Shown here piece after piece: positions 1-13,429 of a DNA stretch of 64,000 bases. Source of the stretch: Narcine bancroftii (lineage: Eukaryota); assembly GCF_036971445.1 (NCBI RefSeq), contig NC_091480.1, positions 60,264,001 to 60,328,000 on the forward strand. The letters run 5' to 3'. Under the pieces are notes generated by a model, which was not told where the DNA came from, made no database searches, and saw only the letters and a list, made by a program, of their open reading frames with translations. Positions within the stretch are counted from its first letter, which is position 1. Each line of letters starts with the position of its first letter. Made by a program: the position numbers and the translations under genes.

Positions 1-2159
1 GATTTTTTTTGGAAATATTATACTTTTATTTTTCTTTTGTCAACTGCGCTCCTTGTTGCAAAATTATAATCAGCTCCAGTAAAGGGGTTTAATCTCATTT
101 TCGTTCGTTATCACAGAAGCCAGGCGTAAATTCGCGGAAATAATTCTGCTTAATCGTAAAACCCATCATTTAATAACAAATGAATTTAATTAAATTTTGG
201 CGTTTTATTTCAACAGAAATGAAAGCACAACAATTCCGCTTGTTGTGAATTGTAGGATTACATTGCGTTTGGAAGATTTGATTCCAGTTTAAGAACGCGC
301 TTTAAATCGGCGCTGGTGTGGGCCCTCGTTAGTTATAAACGTTCAGTAGCACAACCGAATGATATATGCAAAGTCAAATGTGAAATAATAAAGCAGCCTT
401 CTTTCAAAGTGTTTGTTAATCGATCCACCCCTTGACAAAGGTTTTGGCATCAAGGTCAAGATTTTAAATAGACTTTGAAATAGATTTTGTTTTCGCAAAT
501 AAATGGGCCAAAATGTTGCAACGCCTGAAGTAAAAAAAAAATTTGATCTGTCAATCGCACATCTTTTTTCTGGTTTTAGATCATGTTCGAAAAACAAGAA
601 GAGTTTGAATGATGAAGAATATATTGGTGATAAGAGAGATTAAAACACGTTAAACCTCGGCAGTTCACTTGCTGCCTTGTATTTTTGTACGCTTTTTAAC
701 TGACTGATTGAACAACATATTTTGTAAATCGCTTCCCCTTTTCCTAATGCTACACTTCACACTCGCTGTCGATGGGTCTTTTTGTCTCTGTGGCCGTTTA
801 TTTTTGGCCGCATTCTGTTTCCAGGACAAAGGCAAAAAGGGGTGGCGAGGTTGAACTTTCATAACATTTATCAAGATTGCAAATTTAAATTAAAATTAAT
901 AAATAAAACCGGAGCAAACGTGAGTTATTAACAATACCGACGCTACATTAAACAACAAGGAGACCGCGTTTCCTCTTACAGAATTACACATTTTTTAAAC
1001 TCTCGGAGGCGAAATCTTATTTTGTTTAATTGGATTCATGTAAATTTCAAATGGTTTGTGTTGAATTCGATGTGAAGAAAGTAGGTAACACGATGAAGCC
1101 GAACTGACGAATTTAGTAAAATTCACGTGGGTAAAATTAGCCGGCGTAAAATATCGTGTGTGCGTTTCTCTTTCCTTATGGCGTATTTTATATGTACTTC
1201 TGTGTGTGTATGGTGCATGTGTGCGTGTGCGTGTGTGTGTGTGTGTGTAATGCTGTGTATATATAATTGATGTGTGTGTAATGCTGTGTATATATAATTG
1301 ATGTGTGTGCATTTATAGTTCTGGTATTTCTTGTGTGTGTGTGTCCATATTGTTCGTTTTGTATCATCGTGTGCGCGCGNNNNNNNNNNNNNNNNNNNNN
1401 NNNNNNNNNNNNNNNNNNNNNNNNNNNNNNNNNNNNNNNNNNNNNNNNNNNNNNNNNNNNNNNNNNNNNNNNNNNNNNNNNNNNNNNNNNNNNNNNNNNN
1501 NNNNNNNNNNNNNNNNNNNNNGTGTAAGAGNNNNNNNNNNNNNNNNNNNNNNNNNNNNNNNNNNNNNNNNNNNNNNNNNNNNNNNNNNNNNNNNNNNNNN
1601 NNNNNNNNNNNNNNNNNNNNNNNNNNNNNNNNNNNNNNNNNNNNNNNNNNNNNNNNNNNNNNNNNNNNNNNNNNNNNNNNNNNNNNNNNNNNNNNNNAGG
1701 TGTGTGTGTGTGAGTGCGTTTATCATAGTTTGTGTGTGTGTTTATCATAATGGTTGTGCGTTTATTATAGTGTGTGTTTATCATAGTGGGTGTGTAGGTG
1801 TGTGTGTGTTTAACATAGTGGCTGTGTTTGTTTATCATAGTGGAGAGGGATNNNNNNNNNNNNNNNNNNNNNNNNNNNNNNNNNNNNNNNNNNNNNNNNN
1901 NNNNNNNNNNNNNNNNNNNNNNNNNNNNNNNNNNNNNNNNNNNNNNNNNNNNNNNNNNNNNNNNNNNNNNNNNNNNNNNCATAGTTCACATTTCTTGTTA
2001 TATTCTGACCCGTTATTTATGGCGCTCATATCTTGCCGTCGTATCCAGTTGTCTTTGAAGTCAAAGAGCAATAGAGTCCTACAGCCGCGAGCAGTCCCTT
2101 CGGCCCAACTCATATAGGCCACTGAGTTAGCATTCGGGGCAATAAAAATTTTCCTGTAC

Positions 2160-2420
2160 TTTGTCTATTTCCCTCGAAACCTTACCCATCCTCCACCACT
2201 TCCTGTGGCAGCTCGTTCAACACACCAACCACCCTCTGTGTGAAGAAGGTGCCCTCAGGTCCACTTCAAATCTCTCCCTTTAAACCTTATGTCTCTAGTT
2301 CCAGGATTCACCATATCCAGACACTTCATGATTTTACAAACCTCCATAAAGTCACCTCTCATTCTCCTGTGCTGTAGGGAGAAAATTCCCAGCCAAACCA
2401 ATATCTCCTTTTATCTCAGC
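2160..2420 (-). mobile_element. CR1-type LINE 3' fragment, degenerate
   Basis: ACCACTTCCTGTGGCAGCTCGTTC...ACCACCCTCTGTGTGAAGAA...ATGATTTTACAAACCTCCATAAAGTCACCTCTCATTCT is the reverse complement of the CR1 ORF2 C-terminal region seen at 36540-36760. Confidence 0.65.
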
Positions 2421-2559
2421 CCTGCTGTCACGGTACCATCTGGGAAATCTTTTCTACCCCCTTTCCAAAAACGGTACACTCGAAATTTGCAATCAATAAA
2501 TTTGTGTAACCACAAATATATTTCCATCATGATGACAAAGGAAAATTTGACAGTTAATC

Positions 2560-3200
2560 CCAGAAAAGAGGGCAAACCAGCAGAGCAGAGAACCCAAAAG
2601 AGGGGAATCCAGCCAGCAGAGAATGAATCCATCAGAGAATGGAATCCAGCAGAGGGTGATACCAGCAGAGGGTGAGTCCAGAAGAGAGTGAATCCAGCGG
2701 AGAGTGAACCCAGCAGAGAGAGAATCCAGCAGAGAATTAATCCAACAGAGAGGGATCCCAGCAGAGGGTGATTCCAGCAGATGGTAAATCCACAAGATAA
2801 TGAATCCAGCGGAGAGTGAACCCAACAGAGAGTGAAACGAGCAGAGAGTGAATTCAGTAGAGGGTGAATCAAGCAGAGGGGATACCACCAGAGGATAACA
2901 GTAGAAGGTGAATATCATCAGAGAGGAGATACTAGCAAGTGAATATCATTAGAGAGGGGCTACCGGCAGGGAGGTAATACCAGCAGAGGTGATACCAGCA
3001 GAAGGTCATACCAGGAGAAGCTGAATATCAGAGAGGAGATACAAGCAGAATGTGAATATCATTAGAGAGGGGGTAACAGCAGGGAGGGAATACCAGCAGG
3101 TGATTACCATCAGAAAAAAGATATCAGAGAGGTGATACCAGCAGAAGGTAATTACCATCAGAGAGGAGAACACAGTAGAGAGGGCATTATCTGGCAAATG
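2560..3200. repeat. Degenerate ~16-18-bp minisatellite (GAATCCAGCAGAGAGT / GATACCAGCAGAGG)
   Basis: The CCAGCAGAG core recurs at short intervals throughout, with strong purine strand bias. Confidence 0.85.
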
Positions 3201-3639
3201 TACCACAGAGACTGGAGTAAACGTAATAAAATTCAGAATATATCGCTGAGTTTGAAAGTGCCATGCTGTAGTTCAAATCAAAATTGCGGACTTTAATCTA
3301 ATTTTAGAAGCCTCTGAGAAGAGAGTTGGTTGTGAGTCAACTTATGAGCACACAGATATGGCGGTGGACAAAACAATGGTCCAGACGTTACAAATATATT
3401 TCCCTTGAAGTAGCAGAAACTGGGCATGTATCAGGACTTGTCCATGGCCACTGAAAAAGCAAAGTATTATCTTGTTGAGAAGTGAAAGGTGGGGTAGTGT
3501 TGATGTTCAGATGGATCCATGTCTGCTTACAACTAAGACACTGACGACCACCATTCAGGGACAGCAAAGAATTATGTAGGTCAATGTTTCATTTGCCTTT
3601 GTTGCGAACGGGTTGAGTCCAAATCTAACCCACTTTCTC

Positions 3640-3850
3640 AGAAGTCTGAGGAGATCTGGCATGTCGTCGGATTTCCACAGGTATACTGACCGATTGCAGC
3701 AGCACCTGCTTTAGAAACACGACTGCCCCGGAAAGTAGACGGCTGCTGAAAGCCGCCAACCTGCCCAAGTCCATCACGGCCACCGGCCTCCTGCCCATTG
3801 ACGATGTGAAGCGATGCTGCAGAAAAGCGGCCAATGTCACAAAGGACCAA
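3640..3850 (+). mobile_element. Rex1/Babar-like LINE 3' fragment, degenerate
   Basis: Encodes ...KRCCRKAANVTKD, resembling the RCxxKAxxIIKDPxHP C-terminal motif of this clade; similar to the fragment at 52780-52950. Confidence 0.45.
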
Positions 3851-4199
3851 ACCCCGGCCAGAAACTGGACAACGAAAAGATCAATTGAAAAACCACTTTT
3901 TCTTGCTTTGTTTTCCACTAGAGGGGCCTAAGGGGCCTGTCTCTGTGCTGTAGTGTTCTGTGGTTCTATGGTACCCTTTTGTATTTGCTGTATCATATAT
4001 TTATTGATTGGAGTCGGGGTATCTAACGTACTTGTGAGGCTGCAGAAATAAAGAATTTTCTACATTGCACAAAGAATCTCAGGGTTGTATGTGATGACAT
4101 GTATGCATCTGCCAATAAATTTGACATCTGAATCACGAACTTTTCTCTCATCCACCACATTCGGTGTACTCGGTAAGGCTTGCTCTACAACAGTCGATT

Positions 4200-4680
4200 G
4201 GGTGATCGTGTCACTGAGCACCTGCCCTCTGTCTGTAGGTCTAAACAAGAACCCCCACCCTCCACCCCCTGCAGCTAAACATTGGAATTCTCGCCAACAT
4301 GTCTAAAGAGACTTCCCCAGGGTGGGACTGAACGTAAACTTGTTGAACAACGCGTCAGCTCCCTCCTGGGTACCTTCAAACCCAACGACATGAACAGCAC
4401 ATTTTACTATTTTACTATCCGGGTCTGATTTTTTCACTCCTCCTTTACTTGCTCCCGTTCCCGTCCCCCTTTCGCTCTCCCCATCTCTTCACTTCTCCAA
4501 CTTTATTCTATCCAATACTGTGACACCACCTTGGCGCCTCCCCAATCAATCCTCCTTCACCCCTTTTTTAGACTTACCATCTCCTCTTCCCACTTTTCTC
4601 TTCGTAAGTCCCGACTTCGAACATTCACTGGCCATTTCTCTGCATGGATACAGCTAGACCCGCCGAGTGCATCCAGCGTC
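4200..4680 (+). mobile_element. Penelope-like element remnant
   Basis: CTGGGTACCTTCAAACCCAACGACATGAAC (LGTFKPNDMN) resembles the LGTLQPxGMN end of the GIY-YIG domain. It is followed by a CT-rich tract and a GACCCGCCGAGT...TCCAGC terminal motif. Confidence 0.5.
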
Positions 4681-5077
4681 TCATTCTTCACTCAATCACG
4701 GAAATTTTGATCTAATTGTCCAGGGTCCTGGTCAGACAGCACCTGGAGCGATGTGGGCAGGTTTATTTGCCCCTACCCACGGAAGAATAAAAGTGGCACA
4801 GATGGAGGGCGGTAATAATTCACCAGAATGGGACTTGGGACCAATAGCTGGTAATGTAAGGACACGTCGAGAAGACGGGGTCTGAACTCTCTGGAGTTTA
4901 GAAGAACAAGAAGAAAACTTGTTTAAACGCCCGGGGGCTCGACAAGAAATATGATTTCCCCGGCTGAAATAAATTATATGGTGCCACGTGTACTGAGACA
5001 CAGCGAAAAGTTTTGTTTTACGCATTTTGCAGACAGGTAAACCCGTACATAAGTACAACACGTAATTCAATAATATA

Positions 5078-8000
5078 ACAGAGGTACAGGGTATTAGAGT
5101 GACTCTGTGACTCATTGCAGAGTGAAGAGTGTGAGGGTAACGAGAGTCACAGAGTGGGGTGTTAGATTGGGGCACAGAGTGCAGGGTGGGGTGTTAAAGG
5201 GAGTCACAGGGTAAAGGGTGCGGTTTTAGAGTGTGTCACAGAGGGCAGAGTGGGGTATTACAGTGAGTCAAAAAGTGCAGGGTTCGGTGTTACAGTGAGA
5301 CACAGAGTGCAGGATGGAGTGTTACAAGGATTCCCAGAGTGCAGGCTGCGGTGTTACAGGGAGTCACAGAACGCAGGGTGCGATTTTACAGTGAGTCACA
5401 GAATGCAGGGTGTGGTGTTACAGGGAGTCACAAAGTGCAAAGTGCGGTGTTAGAGTGAGTTAAAGAGTGCAGGGTGCGATTTTAATGTGCGTCACAGAGT
5501 ACAGGGTGGGGTGTTACAGTGAATCAAAAAGTGGAGGGTTCGGTGTTACAGCGAGACAGAGTCCAGGATGGGGTGTTACAAGAATTCCCAGAGTGCAGGG
5601 TGCAGTGTTACAGGGAGTCACAGAACGCAGGGTGCGATTTTACAGTGAGTCACAGAGTGCAGGGTGTGGTGTTACAGGGAGTCACAAAGTTCAGGGTGTG
5701 ATATTACAGTGAGTTTCAGCGTGCATGGTGCGTTGTTACAGTGAGTCGCGTAGTGTAAGGTGCAGTGATACATTGAGTCGCAGAGTGTAGGGTGCACTGT
5801 TAAAGGGCCTCACAAAGTGCAGGGTGCGGTGTTATAGTGAATCACAGAGTGCATGTTGCGGTGTAACAGTGGGCACAGAGTGCAGGCTGCGGTGTTACAG
5901 TAGGTTGCAGAGCGCAGGGTGCGATGTTACAGTGAGTCACAGAGTGTACGGGCACTGTTAAAGGGCCTCACAAAGTGCAGGGTGCGGTGTTATAGTGAAT
6001 CACAGAGTGTATGGACACTGTTAAAGGGCGTAACACAGCTCAGGGTGGAGTGTTACTGGGAGTCACAGAGTGCAGGGTAGGGTATCTCATGGAGTCATAA
6101 AGCGCAGGGTGCGGTGTTACAGAGAGTCACAGAGTGCAGGGTGGGGTATTATAGGGAGTTACTGAGGGTAGGGAGGGTGTTACAGTGGGTCACAGAGTGT
6201 TGGGTGCACTGTGCACAAAGAGCGTCACAGAATGCAGCGTGCTGTATTACAGTGGGCACAAAGTGCAGGATGGGGTGTTGCAGTGAGTCACAGAGTTCAG
6301 CGTTGGGTGTAATAGTTAGTCACAGAGTGCAGGATGGGGTGTTACAGTGAGACACAGAGTGCAGGGTGGTGTGTTAGTAGGAGTCACAGAGTGCAGGGTG
6401 GGTTGTTACAGGGAGTCACTGTGTGCAGGGTGGGGTATTACAGTGAGTCACAGAATGTAGGTTGGGGTGTTACAGAGAGTCACAGAGTGCAGCGTCTGGT
6501 TTTTCAGCGAATCACATACTACAGGGCGGGGTGTTACAGTGAGTTACATCGTGCATGGTGCGATGTTATAGTCAGTCGCGGAGTGTATGGTGCACTGGTA
6601 CAATGAGTCACAGAGTGTAGGGTGCACTGTTAATGGGCCTCACAAAGTGCAGGGTGGGTGCTACAGGGAGTAACAGAGTACATGGTGGGGTATTAAAGGG
6701 AGTCACAGAGTGCAGGGTGGGGTGTTACAGGGAGTCACAGAGTGCAGCGTGTGGTTTTTCGGCGAATCACAGACAACAGGACGGGGTGTTACAGTGAGTA
6801 ACATCGTGCATAGTGCAATGTTATAGTGAGTCGCGGAGTGTAGGGGGCACTGGTACAGTGAGTCACAGCGTGTAGGGTGCACTGTTAATGGGCCTCACAA
6901 TGTGCAGGGTGCGGTGTTCTAGCGAATCACAGAGTGCAGGGTGCGGTGTTAGTTAGTCACAGAGTGTAGGGTGGAGCATTAAATGGAGTCACAATGTGCA
7001 GGGTGGGGTATTAGAGTGAGTCACAGAGGATAGGGTGGGGTGTTTCAGTGGGTCACATAGTGCAGGGTAGGGAGTTACAGGCAGTCTCAGAGTGCATGGT
7101 GCGATGTTACAGGGAGTCATAAAATGTTCAATGGGATATTACAGGAAGTAATGGAGTGCAGGGAGTGTGTTGCTGTGTGTCGCAGAGTGCAGGGTAGGCT
7201 ATTACAGGGAGTTAGAGTGCATGTTGGGGTATTACAGGGAGTCACAGAGTGCAGGGTGTGGTTTTACAGCGAATCACAGAGTACAGGGTGGGTGCTATAG
7301 TGAGGTACAGCGCGCATGATGCGATGTTACAGTGAGTCGTGGAGTGTAGGGTAGAGTGGTACAGTGAGTCACAGAGTGCAGGGTGGTATGTTACAGTGGA
7401 TCACAGTGTGCAGTGTGGGTGCTCCCGTGAGTTACAGATGGCAGAATGGGGTATTACAGGGCCTCACAATGTGCAGTGTGGGATGTTACAGGGATTCCCA
7501 GAGTGGAGGGTGCGATGTTACAGTGAGTCACAGAGCGCAGGTTGCGAAGTTAGTGTAAATCACAGAGTGAAGGGTGGGGTGTTACAGTGGGTCACCAAAT
7601 GCAGAGTGGGCAGTTACAGTGTGTCGCAGAGTGTAGAGACCAGTGATAAAGGGCATCACAAAACGCAGGGGTGAGTGTTACAGGGAGTCACAGAGTGCTG
7701 GGGGGGGGGTTATTACAAGACGTAACAGAGTGCAGGATGGGGTGTTACAGTGAATCACAGAGTGCGGGGTGTTGTATTACAGGGAGACGCAGAGTTCATG
7801 GTTTTACACCGAATCAGAGAGTACAGGGTGTGGTGTCACCGTGAGTTACAGGGTGCATGGTGAGTCGCGGAGTGCAGGGTGCACTGACACAGTAAGTCAC
7901 AGAGTGCAGGGTGCAATGTTAAAGGGACTCACAATGTGCAGGTTGTGGTGCTTTAGTGAATCACAGAATGCAGTGTGCAGTATTACAATGGGTCACAGTG

Positions 8001-11000
8001 TGCTGGGTGAGGTATATTACAGTTAGTTTCAGAGTGCAGGGTGCGGTGTCACAGTAGGTAACAGAGTGCAGGGTGAGATGTTACAGTAAGTCATAGAGTG
8101 TAGTGAGGGACATTACAGGGAGTCACAGAATGCAGGGTGGGGTATTACAGGGAGTCACATATGGTAGGGAGGGGTGTTTCAGTGGATCAGAGTGCAGGGC
8201 GGGGATTTACAGGGAGTCACAGAGCGCAGGTTGTGTTATTACAGGGAGTCACAGAGTGCAGGGTGCAGTTTCAAAGTAGGCCACAGTGCAGAGTGGGGTG
8301 TTATAGTAGGTCACAGAGTGCAGGGTGTGGTGCTACAGTGGGTCACAGAGTGCAGGGTGGGGTGTTACAATGAGTCATCGAGTGCAGGGTGCGGTGTTAC
8401 AGGGAGTCAGAGTGAAGGCTGGGTTTTTTCTGTGAGTCATGGAGTGCAGGGTGCAGTGTTACATTGAGTCACAGAGTGCGGGGTGCGATATTAGTGTGAG
8501 TCACAGAGTAACATGTTGGTGTTACAGTGAAAAACAGAGTGCAGGGTGGGGTATTACAGATAGTCGTAGAGTGTAGGGTGCAGTGATAAAGGGCGTCACA
8601 TAGCGCAGGGTGGACTGTTACAGGGAGTCACTGAGTGTAAGGTGGTGTGTTACAGGGAGTCACAGAGTGCATGGTGGGGTATTAAAGGGAGTCACAGTGT
8701 GCAGGGTCGAGTGTTACAGTGAGTCACAAAGTGTAGGATGGGGTGCGACAGTGAGACACAGAGTGCAGGGTTGGGTGTTAGTGGGAGTCACAGAGTGCAG
8801 GGTGGGTTATTACAGGGAGTCACAGTGTGCAGGGTGGAGTATTAGAGTGAGTCACAAAATGTAGGGTGGGGTGTTACAGGGAGTCAGAGTGCAACGTGTC
8901 ATTTTTCAGCGAATCACAGAGTACAAGGTGAGGTGTTACAGTGAGTTACAGGTGCATGGTGCGATGTTATAGTGAGTCGCGGAGTGGAGGGTGCACTGGT
9001 ATAGTGAGTCACAGAGTGTAGGGCACACTGTTAATGGGCATCACAAAGATCAGGGTGCAGTGTTAGAATGGATCACAGAGTGCAGGGTGCGATGTTACAG
9101 TGAGTCACAGAGTGTAGGGTGGAGCATTACAGGGAGTCACAGTGTGCAGGGTGGGGTATTGGTGGGAGTCACAGAGGATAGGGTGGGGTGTTTCAGTGGG
9201 TCACAGAGTGCAGGGTGGGGAGTTACAGGCAGTCTCAGCGTTCAGGGTGCAGTATTACAGGGGGTCATATAGTGTACGATTGGGAATTACAGGAAGTAAT
9301 GGAGTTCAGGGTGCTGTGTTGCTACCCATCACAGAGTGTAGGGTGGGGTATTACAGGGAGTCACAGAGTGCAGGGTGTGGTTTTACAGCGAATCACAGAG
9401 AACAGGGTGTGGTGTTACAGTGAGTTACAGCGTGCAAGTTGCGATGTTACAGTGAAACGTGGAGTGGTACAATGAGTCACAGAGTGTAGGGTGCACTGTT
9501 AAAGGGCGTCACAAAGCGCAGGTTATAGGGAGTAACAGAGTGCAAGGTGGGGTATTACAGTGAGTCACAGAGTTCAGTGTGCGATGTTACAGTAGGTTAC
9601 AGAGTGTAGGGTGCTGTGATACAGTGAGTTACCGAGTGTACGGTGCACTGTTAAAGGGCCTCAAACCGTGCAGGGTGGGGTGTTACAGTGAGTCACAGAG
9701 CTCAGCGTGAGGTGTTACAGTGAGTCATAGAGTTCAGCGTTGGGTGTTACAGTACTTCACAGGGTGTAGAGAGCGGTGTGACAGTGAGTTACAGAGTACA
9801 GGGTGCGATATTAGAGTGAGTCACAGAGTGAACGGTGGGGTGTTACGGTGAGAAACAGAGTGCAGGGTACGGTGTTACAGCAGGTCACAAAGTGCGTGGT
9901 GGGATGTTACAGTGCGTCACGGAATGCAGGGTGTGGTGCTACAGAGGATCACATAATGCAGGGTGGCGTGCTACAGTGCGTCGCAGAGTGCAGGGTGCCG
10001 TTTTACAGGGCCTCACAATGTGCAGGGTGGGATGTTACAGGGATTCCCAGAGTGCAGGGTGCGTAGTTATAGTGAGTCACAGAGCGCAGGTTGCGATGTT
10101 AGAGTGAGTCACAAAGTGAATGGTGGGGTGTTACAGTGGGTCACCAAGTGCAAAGTGGGGAGTTAAAATGTGTCGCAGAGTGAAGGGTGCAGTGATAAAT
10201 GGCGTCACAAAGCGCAGGGCCGAGTGTTACAGGGAGTCACAGAGTGCTGGGTGGGGTGTTACAGGGTGTCACAGATTCCGCGGTGGGGTGTTACAGTGTG
10301 TCACATATGGTAGGGTTGGGTGTTTCATTGGGTCACAGAGGGTGTGTTATAACAGGAATTCACGGAGTGCAGGATGCGGTGTTACAGTGTGTTACAGAGT
10401 GCAGGGTGGGGTATTACAAGGTTCACAAAGTGAAGGGAGTGGGGGTAACGTTAGTCACAGAGTGTAGGGTGGTGTTTTACAGTGGGTCACAGAGTGCAGG
10501 GTTGGTGTTACCGTGAGTCACAGAGGGCAGAGTAGGGTATTAAACGGCCTCACAAAATGCAGGGTGGGATGTTAAAGGGATTCCCAGAGTATAGGGTGCG
10601 GTGTTACAGTGAGTCACAGAGCCAGGGTGCGATGTTAGTGTAAGTGACAGAGTGAAGGGAGGGGTGTTACAGTGGGTCACCAAGTGCAAAGTGGGGAGTT
10701 ACAATGTGTCGCAGAGTGAAGGATGTAGTGATAAATGGCGTCACAAAGCGGAGGGCCGAGTGTTACAGGGAGTCATAGAGTGCATGGAGGCGTATTGCAG
10801 GGAGTCACAGTGTGCAGGGTGGGGTGTTACAGTGAGTCACAGAGTGCGGGGTGGGGCATTACAGGGTGTCACAGAGTGCATGGTTGCCTATTACAAGGTG
10901 TCATAGAGCCCAGCTTGTGGTTTTACAGCGAATCACAGAGTACAGGGTGGGGTGTTACAGTTAGTCACAGAGTGCAGGATGGGGTGTTACAGTGAGACAC

Positions 11001-12663
11001 AGAGCGCAGGGTGCGGTGTTACAGTGTGTTACAAAGTGTAGGGTAGGTATTACAGGGAGTCACAAAGTGAAGGGTGTGGGGTAACATTAGTCACAGAGCG
11101 CAGGTTGCGAAGTTAGTGTAAGTTACAGAGTGAAGGGTGGGGTGTTACAGTGGGTCACCAAGGGCAAAATGGGGAGTTACAGTGTGGCGCAGAGTGTGGG
11201 GTGCAGTGATAAAGGGCGCCATAAAACGGAGGGGTGAGTGTTACAGAGTGTCACAGAGTGCACGGTGGTGTGTTACACTGACTCACAGAGTGCAGGGTGG
11301 CGTGTTACAGGAAATTACAGAGTGCATGGTGGCGTAGTACAGGAGTCACAGCGTGCAGAGTGGTGTGTTACAGTTAGTCACAGAGTGCAGGATGGGGTGT
11401 TACAGGGAGTCACAGAGTGCATGGTTGCTTATTACAGTGTCACAGAGTGCAGTGTGTGGCTTCACAGCGAATCACAGAGTACAGGGTGGGGTGTTACAGT
11501 GAGTTACAGAGTGCATGGTGAGTAGTGGAGTGTATGGTGCAATGGTACAGTGAGTCACAGAGTGTAGGGTGCACTGTTAAAGGGCCTAACAATGTGCAGG
11601 GTGCGGTGTTACAGTGGGTCACAGTATGCAGGGTGGGGTACTACAGTTAGTCACAGAGTGCAGGCTGCGGTGTTACAGTAGGTAACAGAGTGCAGGGTGT
11701 GATGTTACAGTGAGTTACAGCGTGAAGGGTGGGGTATTACAGTGAGTGACGAAGTGCAGGATGCGGTGCTACAGTAGGTCACAGAGTGCAGGATGGTGTG
11801 TTACTGTGAGTCACAGAGTGCAGAGTAGGGTATTACAGGGAGTCACTAAGCGCAGGGCGGGGTGTTACAGTTAGTACCAGAGTCCAGGGTGCAATGTTAC
11901 AGTGAGCCACAGAGGCCAGGGTGCGGTGTTACAGTGTGTCGCAATGTGTAGGGTACAGTGTTAAAGGTTGTTCACAAAGCACAGGGTGGTGTGTTACAGG
12001 GAGTCACAGAGTGCAAGGTGGTGTGTTACAGGGAGTCACAGAGTGCAGGCTGGGGTGTTACTGGGAGTCACAGAGTGCATGGTGGTGTGTTACAGGGAGT
12101 CACAGAGTGCAAGGTGGTGTGTTACAGGGAGTCACAGTGTGCAGGGTGGGGTGTTACAGTGAGTCACAGAATGTAGGGTGGGGTGTTACAGGGAGTCACA
12201 CAGTGCATTGTGGTGTATTACAGGGAGTCACAGAGTGCAGCGTGTGTTTTACAGCGATTCACAGAGTACAACGTGAGGTGTTACAGTGAGTTACAGCGTG
12301 CATGGTATAGTGAGTCATGAAGTGTACGGTGTGGTGTTATAGTGAATCACAGAGTGCAGGGTGGGGTTTTATGGTGAGTCACAGAGTGCAGGGTTAAGTA
12401 TTACAGGGAGTCAAGGAGGATAGGGTGGGATGTTACAGTGAGTACCAGAGTGCAGGGTGCAATGTTACAGTTTGTCACAGAGCATGAGTGCAGTGTTGCA
12501 GTGTGTCGCACAGTGTAGGGTGCAGTGTTACAGTGAGTCACAGAGTGTAGGGTGCACTGTTAAAGAGCATCACAAATCGCAGGGTGAATTGTTACAGCTA
12601 GTCATAGAGTGCAGGGTGGGGTCTTGCAGTGAATCAAGGAGTGCAGGGAGTGGTGTTACAGTG
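5078..12663. repeat. Large 32-bp-unit satellite, consensus ~CACAGAGTGCAGGGTGGGGTGTTACAG(T/G)GAGT
   Basis: Period 32 is directly visible (GAGTCACA at 12001 and 12033). ~7.6 kb implies roughly 235 diverged units. It accounts for all VTECRVGCYSESQSAG-type ORFs. Confidence 0.97.
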
Positions 12664-13355
12664 CCTTTGTCCATAACTGTCTATGTGCCTATGTGTGTGT
12701 GTGTGTGTGTAATTTGTGCATGCCTGTGAGTATTCTTTGGGTGTGACTATGTCTCCATTTGTGTATTTGTTTTCTCTGTGTATGTCGATATGTGTCTTGT
12801 GTTCATGATGGTTTTTGTCTCTGTGTGTGATTTCCTGTGCTTATATCCATATATTTCTGTGCACGTCGAGTGAGTGGACACTTAGGAATGTGTTATCTTC
12901 TTGCACATCTGCATTGTGTGTTTATGTATACATGCATGAAAGTTGGTCCGATTTATTTTTATGTGTATTCATCTTGTGTATCTGTGTCATGCATTTGTGT
13001 ATGCATTTGTGCACCTGGTTGTGAATCTATGGGTGTGCATGACTCCATCTNNNNNNNNNNNNNNNNNNNNNNNNNNNNNNNNNNNNNNNNNNNNNNNNNN
13101 NNNNNNNNNNNNNNNNNNNNNNNNNNNNNNNNNNNNNNNNNNNNNNNNNNNNNNNNNNNNNNNNNNNNNNNNNNNNNNNNNNNNNNNNNNNNNNNNNNNN
13201 NNNTGCAGAACCTGTTTTCAATGGAAATATATAAATGTAAAATATTTATGATTGGGTAGAGTTTATTTCAATAAATGGTTTCTGGGTTGATCCATTCTCC
13301 GGCTCAGAATTGCCAAGCACTGTCCCTGAAAGGAATCTGAGTATTGGTGTGTGTA

Positions 13356-13356
<1 letters not shown>

Positions 13357-13429
<73 letters not shown>

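Noticed and set aside
3915-3928. CTCF-like CCACTAGAGGGGCC
   Set aside because: Lies in a CR1/SINE-type 3' tail (GGGCCTGTCTCTGTGCTGTAG...TTCTATG) and mismatches the core end.
5250-12729. Dozens of Cys/Val/Gly-rich ORFs and a CRISPR-like periodic look
   Set aside because: Translations of a contiguous 32-bp satellite. There are no unique spacers and no cas genes, and the context is vertebrate.
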